DNA from: Synergistales bacterium
GTDB lineage: Bacteria; Synergistota; Synergistia; Synergistales; JAFGMB01
DNA length: 64,000 bases
Direction: 5' to 3'
Assembly (NCBI GenBank): GCA_963666205.1
Contig: OY762654.1
Location: 1,504,001-1,568,000 of the forward strand
Under the pieces are notes generated by a model, which saw only the letters and a list, made by a program, of their open reading frames with translations, was not told the DNA's origin and did not search any database. Numbering within the stretch: the first letter of the stretch is position 1; every line of letters starts with the position of its first letter. Of this stretch, positions 58,563 to 64,000 are shown in pieces. The position numbers and the translations under genes were made by a program.

Positions 58563-58971
58563 TTAATAAACTTCATAGAATGTTAAAAATATTTTAATCA
58601 TACACATATTATTGATAAGAACAAATTACAGAACCATTTCTCTATTCCAGAATCAGAAACGTAACACTTATGAAATCTTTAGAGGGAGGATATCCGGACT
58701 TTTCAACTTTTTTAATATATCCTGGACTTGCAATAAATAATCTTTATCCATATAATTAAAGCGTTAGTATTGTAACTATCAAACACGTGGAATCGAACAT
58801 TTTTACCTGTTAAACTACAATTTCTTCTTATTACAGTTTCACCTCCTGATATCCAACTCCTGATTACAATACAAGAACCCTTCGTTCCAGAAAGAAAACT
58901 CTAAGTTGTGTATTCCTCTCTTTCTTCACTGTTTTTCCAGGAAAAATTATCATGGAAAGGTTGTGAAAATA

Positions 58972-60867
58972 TTGAAAATGATGCAAAAGGTATGTCTGTT
59001 ACTGTTTTTGTCTGTTTTGTTACTTCTGGGTGGCGTAAGTACTTCATATTCATTTCTTTCCCCATGTGACAGTCCATTAACTCTTCCAGAAACTGTTGAC
59101 ATATCTGTATTTCTTCATTCAACAAGCTACCTGAGAACGGTAATTCATGATAACCCTTCAGGAAATTCTCTCGATGAAGGCTCCAGATGTTACGAGACCT
59201 GGAACATCAACAACAGCAAAACCCTGACATGTGGACAGATCTATTCAGGTTCCATTATCTCTTCAGATTTTTATATCTCATCAGGATGGCCAGATTCTAC
59301 CCCTGTTCCTACAGACCCTGAAGTTGGGACATGGGAACTTATAACATGGCTGCTCAATCATAAAGGATCAGGCAGCCGCGAAGATATCCAGAATGCCATA
59401 TGGTATTTCACTAATAATGACAATCCTGAAGTAAGGAATTATATTCGCGGTGATTCTGAAGCTTTCGGACTTGTCCAGGGTGCTTACGAAGCAGTTTATG
59501 ATACTGTAATTTCTACAGACAACATCAGTGATGATCTTCTTCCAGGATCTTACCTGGGTTACGATCTTTGTGCCGATACGGACTTGGATTCCAAAGGACG
59601 TATTTCCCCATTGATCCTCTGCCCAGGAGGCCTTTCTAGCGGAGAATGCTCAAATCAGATGCTCATCCTTGAATATTCGAATATCTATTTGCCAGAACTT
59701 TTCGTAACAAAGTTTTATGACTCAAACTTTAACTCATGGCATGATTTGCCTGAAGAACCCTGGCTCAACATGATGCCCTGGACATTTCTCCTGAAATGTC
59801 CAGAGGATATCACTCATTTCAACTTCGACAACCTTATAGATCCAGATGCCCCTGACGTTCTTACAAATGATAAATGGTATATCCTTTGCCCTGGAAAATA
59901 TTCCATTGAAGAACCCCTGTATCCACCTTATATTTATCCGGAAATGATGGATAAATGGATGGCAACCACTCCGAATCCTCTTGAAATTGAAATTTATGCC
60001 AACACCTTCTCTCCATCACTACGTTGGGTCTGTTTTGGGAATATATGTGTGGATGATCCCGGCCATACACCTGGATTCTGGTCGAATTACCCCAAGAACT
60101 GGGACAAGGTGGACTTTGGATCCATGTCAGGACCCCAGATCCTTGCAGAACTGGACAAACTGAATCTCAAGTATTTCGACAGGGACACAGATACTCTGAT
60201 GGATTTCCATCCCAATGCCTTTGGAGGAAAGAAAAGATCCGAACCCATAGAGGGCGATACTCATAACCTGATCCCCTGGATGAGGGAAAGTAATGCAAAA
60301 GCTATGGAATATAAGCTTTCCTGCCACCTGGTCGCCATGAAACTGAACCTGCTTGCTCAGGACGATAAGAAACACAATTTTGTGGAATCAGCCAGTCTTA
60401 TCTATGTTCCTGATCTTGAAGGTTACAAAGACTGCATAATAAACTATTTCGGATCACTGGACTACAGCCTTATAGATGGTGAACTGTTTCTGGAGCCAGG
60501 CGTCAGATTCAGTCTGATCATTAAGATCGAGGATCTCATAACGCTCTCAGCAGAAGCCCTGAAAGGAGAACCTTCAGGATGGGATGAAGGCTCATGCGGT
60601 AAATACAGGGACTTTCTCAATGCCCTGCATTTGGCCCTCATGCATGGGAACAAGAATGTATCCAAAGAAGGGGAAACGATTATTTATTTCTGGCCCCTTG
60701 AGGAATGCGGATATGAAAGTCCATTCCTTTCTGCCGCAGCTCTGAACAATAGCGCACCTATAAATTCCGGAGAAGGCGGAGGAGGCGGTGGTGGCTGTAA
60801 CAACGGTTTCTCATCGCTGGGATCCCTAATTCTTCTAATACCCATGATCTTGTTCTTTAAATTCTAA
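58972..60867 (+). CDS. Secreted surface protein with Synergist-CTERM-type tail (start uncertain)
   Basis: Signal peptide, IQNAIWYFT and GHTPGFWSN motifs, GGGGGGGCN + TM. Confidence 0.7.
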   Translation: MKMMQKVCLLLFLSVLLLLGGVSTSYSFLSPCDSPLTLPETVDISVFLHSTSYLRTVIHDNPSGNSLDEGSRCYETWNINNSKTLTCGQIYSGSIISSDFYISSGWPDSTPVPTDPEVGTWELITWLLNHKGSGSREDIQNAIWYFTNNDNPEVRNYIRGDSEAFGLVQGAYEAVYDTVISTDNISDDLLPGSYLGYDLCADTDLDSKGRISPLILCPGGLSSGECSNQMLILEYSNIYLPELFVTKFYDSNFNSWHDLPEEPWLNMMPWTFLLKCPEDITHFNFDNLIDPDAPDVLTNDKWYILCPGKYSIEEPLYPPYIYPEMMDKWMATTPNPLEIEIYANTFSPSLRWVCFGNICVDDPGHTPGFWSNYPKNWDKVDFGSMSGPQILAELDKLNLKYFDRDTDTLMDFHPNAFGGKKRSEPIEGDTHNLIPWMRESNAKAMEYKLSCHLVAMKLNLLAQDDKKHNFVESASLIYVPDLEGYKDCIINYFGSLDYSLIDGELFLEPGVRFSLIIKIEDLITLSAEALKGEPSGWDEGSCGKYRDFLNALHLALMHGNKNVSKEGETIIYFWPLEECGYESPFLSAAALNNSAPINSGEGGGGGGGCNNGFSSLGSLILLIPMILFFKF

Positions 60868-60905
60868 AGAAAGCCCAAGATGATATTGGGACGAGTTTAA
60901 AAAGA

Positions 60906-60935
60906 ATCGGGGGCAGCTTTAAGCTGCTCCCGATT
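60906..60935. terminator. Bidirectional terminator
   Basis: AATCGGGGGCAGC-TTAA-type hairpin with GCTGCTCCCGATT between convergent genes. Confidence 0.6.
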
Positions 60936-60980
60936 GATGATTATAAGGGAAAATCCCGTGCAGCACCTTCATCGATGAAG

Positions 60981-62015
60981 TCAAGGTACCAGATTTTTGA
61001 CAAAATCAAGGAATTTCCATTTCTGAATCCTTGCCATTTCAAGAAAATAATTCCTTTTGACATGAAGAATATCAGCATTCCAGTTTGAAATACAACTTCC
61101 CAGGCCTTCTTCCATTTCGTAAAAGAAGTTTCCCCCAACAGGATCAACTTTAAAACCATGATCCAGAGTCTCAGCAAGTGCATGCATAACACTGCCTGAA
61201 TCCACTATTAGAGGTTTACCGGCTAACAGGGCCTCATAAAATCTGTTAGGCATCGCCACCTGTTGCATTTTAGCTTTACCGTATGTGGCAATAACAAAAT
61301 CAGCATGATCATAGATCCTGGCAATGTCTTTTTCGTAATTATACGATCCATGATAAATGACCCCATCCATGTAGGCATTGGTCGGTAAATTTTCCTGAGG
61401 GCCTCCCCAGATGTGGATCTCCACATCGTATCTTGAGTCACTTTTCCAGTCTATTATCTTTTCCAGGCCCTTAATGTCTCTGATGTAACCTATATAGGAG
61501 AGAATATATTTTTCTGAAAAGGGCCTTGGTTTTAATGAGGCCAGCTGCGAAGCAATTGTTTCTTGAGGATAATTTTCAATGATCACCGTAGGTGCTCTGG
61601 TAGATATGAATTGCAGGTATTCTGCACTGGTCAGAACTATGCCATCTATATCATCCGCTAAATAACGGCTCAGGAGCCAGGTTTTCAATCGCAGAGGAAT
61701 ATGTTTGAATTTACAGTGTGGAAGATCTGCTATTTCCAGCAGATAAAGGGTATGTTTTTTAGGGCTTTTCCATGGAAAGGAGAAAGACAGAAAGGCTTTC
61801 AGGCTGCTGAAGTATATCAGATCGAATTCCTGAATTCTTTTACCCAGATCCTTCAGTTTTATAGAGGGATAATTGTTCTGGAATTCCACATCTGACACCA
61901 GTTTGAAATCATCGCCACAGCAGACATAGATTTCTTTCGCAATATCAGAGAGCCAGACCAGTCTTTTCCTCATGCGGGGGTCAAAAGGACTTGTTGAAAT
62001 AACACATATTCTCAT
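60981..62015 (-). CDS. Glycosyltransferase (GT-B-like), polysaccharide locus
   Basis: DPRM.KR, YIG.IR..KG, Y...D, PNRFYEA..AGKP.I. Confidence 0.75.
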   Translation of the reverse strand: MRICVISTSPFDPRMRKRLVWLSDIAKEIYVCCGDDFKLVSDVEFQNNYPSIKLKDLGKRIQEFDLIYFSSLKAFLSFSFPWKSPKKHTLYLLEIADLPHCKFKHIPLRLKTWLLSRYLADDIDGIVLTSAEYLQFISTRAPTVIIENYPQETIASQLASLKPRPFSEKYILSYIGYIRDIKGLEKIIDWKSDSRYDVEIHIWGGPQENLPTNAYMDGVIYHGSYNYEKDIARIYDHADFVIATYGKAKMQQVAMPNRFYEALLAGKPLIVDSGSVMHALAETLDHGFKVDPVGGNFFYEMEEGLGSCISNWNADILHVKRNYFLEMARIQKWKFLDFVKNLVP

Positions 62016-62044
62016 GAAAATCGCTCCCAGTCCAAATCATGATC

Positions 62045-63277
62045 TTAACTTGTAACATTTTCCTTTCTCTGAATTATTTCCTGAAGTAGATCATAGTATT
62101 TACCGGTACATTTTTTCTGAGAATATTTCTTTCTGAAAGAGTTAGTCGCATTTTCAGATAGAGTTTTGTAATATACAGGATCATTCTTCATCTGCAGTAC
62201 CTGATCTACAAAAATATCTACTGCACCATTGGGACAGACTACTCCAGACCCGTCTTCATTTATGACAAGACCTGTTTCAGAGAATTCGGGAACAATAGCC
62301 AGAATGGGCTTTCCCGCACTTAGATAGTAATAGAGTTTGCTCGGGACAGATAAACCCCTGGAAGTATCTCTCAGAGTGACCACAAAGGCGGAGGCTCTTC
62401 TCAGCAACTCCTGATATTGGTCTTCGGGTAAAAAATCCGAAAAGGTGATATTCCCAAGCCCCTTTCGTTTCACATAGTTTTCCCAGAAAATTCTTTTCCT
62501 CCCATTGCCCACCAGGAGAAAATGTATGGTTTCATCATTTTTTTCAATCTCTTCTGCTGATCTGAAAAGAGTTTCAAGATCAGCAGTTTCACCAAAGTTT
62601 CCGGCATACACAACCAGGAAAGAGTGGTTCATTGAATTAACCGTAATTTGACTTTTTAAGGGTGATTCAGGCAGTTCTCTACCCCAATTGGGAATATAGG
62701 AGATCTTTTCAGGAAGAACCTTGTATTCTTTCACCAGATACTGTTCCACATCCCTCCCAAGAACGACGATCCTGGAGGCATTTCTGAACAGGGATCTATT
62801 CTGCCCTTTTAAGATAACAGCTAAGGGATTATACCTTGAGATCTGCTGACGACGAATGGCAGGATCCGGGTCGAGATCATGGAGTATGAGCACAAAGGGT
62901 CTTGATCGCTTCAAACAGACCTTTAAAACATGAAAAGCAACGAATAAGGGCGGGAAAACCACCATAACGGATCTGGCATTCAACTTTTCCTGAAATTTCC
63001 TGGCTTCCAGGGCAAAACCGAGATAGAGCAGAGATTTCTGCCATGCCTTGTTTTTATCAAATTTGGGAAATTCGGCTCTGAACACATCACATCCTCTTAT
63101 ATGCTCAGAGGATGGATATTTTTCTTCTGGGTCATAGTAAGACCGATTCTGTGTAAAAACAGCCACTTTCAGCCCCTTTTCAGCCATGTCTGTGGCCAGG
63201 TCATACATTAACTTTGATGTTGCAGCTATGTCAGGATAAAAAGTCAGAGTTACAAGACAGACATCGTATTTATCCAT
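62045..63277 (-). CDS. Glycosyltransferase family 4 (WbuB-like)
   Basis: FYPD, PP, HDL.PD, IPNW, YAGN.G, VPSK.Y.YL.AGKP. Confidence 0.88.
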   Translation of the reverse strand: MDKYDVCLVTLTFYPDIAATSKLMYDLATDMAEKGLKVAVFTQNRSYYDPEEKYPSSEHIRGCDVFRAEFPKFDKNKAWQKSLLYLGFALEARKFQEKLNARSVMVVFPPLFVAFHVLKVCLKRSRPFVLILHDLDPDPAIRRQQISRYNPLAVILKGQNRSLFRNASRIVVLGRDVEQYLVKEYKVLPEKISYIPNWGRELPESPLKSQITVNSMNHSFLVVYAGNFGETADLETLFRSAEEIEKNDETIHFLLVGNGRKRIFWENYVKRKGLGNITFSDFLPEDQYQELLRRASAFVVTLRDTSRGLSVPSKLYYYLSAGKPILAIVPEFSETGLVINEDGSGVVCPNGAVDIFVDQVLQMKNDPVYYKTLSENATNSFRKKYSQKKCTGKYYDLLQEIIQRKENVTS

Positions 63278-63334
63278 TAATCTCACCCTGGAATAATCCA
63301 TTATTCTTGGTTCTGCTGATCTTAAATGCCTCCA

Positions 63335-64000
63335 TCATTTCCTTTTGTCCATTTCCTGTTTGTGTTTCATGATACTCTGAATTGAAAAAGTCAGGAAAGG
63401 AAATGGATCATCTATGGCAAAAACCTGATCGTGGGTGTTTTTCATGCTGAACCATGATGGTTCTGATCGAAATCGGTCTGGTGATCGAATGAACCATAGC
63501 AGGTCTGTGTGGATACACCTTAATCTGATCCCCTGATCATATTCAAGAAATTCCGATACTTCTTCTCCCAGTGCCAACTCAATGATCTGCCTGGCAATGT
63601 TGATCCCTGCCATAAACAATATCTTTACACTGGCGGAAGCTCTCGGATTGATTTCCATTACTTTGGCAATACCATCCCTCGGATCATATATCAGATCAAT
63701 GTCTGCACAGCCTCGCCAACCTATCTCCTTCAGCAGTCTGCTGCAATTATCTATGATCTCAGGCTCTTCAACGGTGATATTTAAAGTGCTTGACCCTCCG
63801 TTGACCGGATACCAGCGATTCTTGGAAAAGCATAAAGCAGTTTTTACAGAATTGTTATTGTCCAGGAACATGGCGGCTTCGTATTGTATTTCCGTCTGTG
63901 GGATGTACTCCTGAATAACATAATCAGATATGACTTCCTTAATACTCATTAAATAATCCTTCAGGACTGTTTCCGTATCAAACCTTTTAAAGCCGATGGC
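63335..64000 (-). CDS. ATP-grasp (carboxylate-amine ligase-like) protein, 5' truncated by the window
   Basis: IQEYIP, K.R.YP..GG.S, D.I.DPRDG..K.MEINPR; the frame stays open to 64000. Confidence 0.8.
   Translation of the reverse strand, partial: AIGFKRFDTETVLKDYLMSIKEVISDYVIQEYIPQTEIQYEAAMFLDNNNSVKTALCFSKNRWYPVNGGSSTLNITVEEPEIIDNCSRLLKEIGWRGCADIDLIYDPRDGIAKVMEINPRASASVKILFMAGINIARQIIELALGEEVSEFLEYDQGIRLRCIHTDLLWFIRSPDRFRSEPSWFSMKNTHDQVFAIDDPFPFLTFSIQSIMKHKQEMDKRK

Overview
A 64-kb, roughly mid-GC chromosomal window. The organism is very probably an anaerobic Synergistota member, inferred from three consecutive surface proteins ending in a Gly-rich-Cys-TM 'Synergist-CTERM'-type tail. From left to right it contains: (1) small envelope genes including a prokaryotic pentameric ligand-gated ion channel; (2) a TetR-controlled HlyD/ABC exporter; (3) a TolC-MFP-RND pump interrupted by a four-helix-bundle gene in 7-mer inverted repeats, with a 1-nt frameshift in the permease; (4) a radical SAM gene; (5) three tandem PP-loop ATPase paralogs divergent from a carrier-protein/thioesterase didomain; (6) an ArsR-controlled arsenic/heavy-metal operon ending in a hidden selenocysteine-candidate [2Fe-2S] protein; (7) tRNA-Lys(CUU); (8) a hidden ORF with two adjacent in-frame UGA codons followed by a SECIS-like hairpin; (9) a 4-hydroxyproline dehydratase (HypD) locus with TRAP transporter, ornithine-cyclodeaminase-family and serine-dehydratase-family genes; (10) a second RND operon; (11) a DnaA-box cluster and a tiny Cys/His-rich ORF; (12) a DUF1659-DUF2922-YvrJ-M15 peptidase-sigma factor cassette; (13) a REP-associated tyrosine transposase with three dispersed 34-bp repeats; (14) three CTERM surface proteins; (15) the end of a polysaccharide locus. 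All family calls come from motif recognition by eye, and no database search was run.
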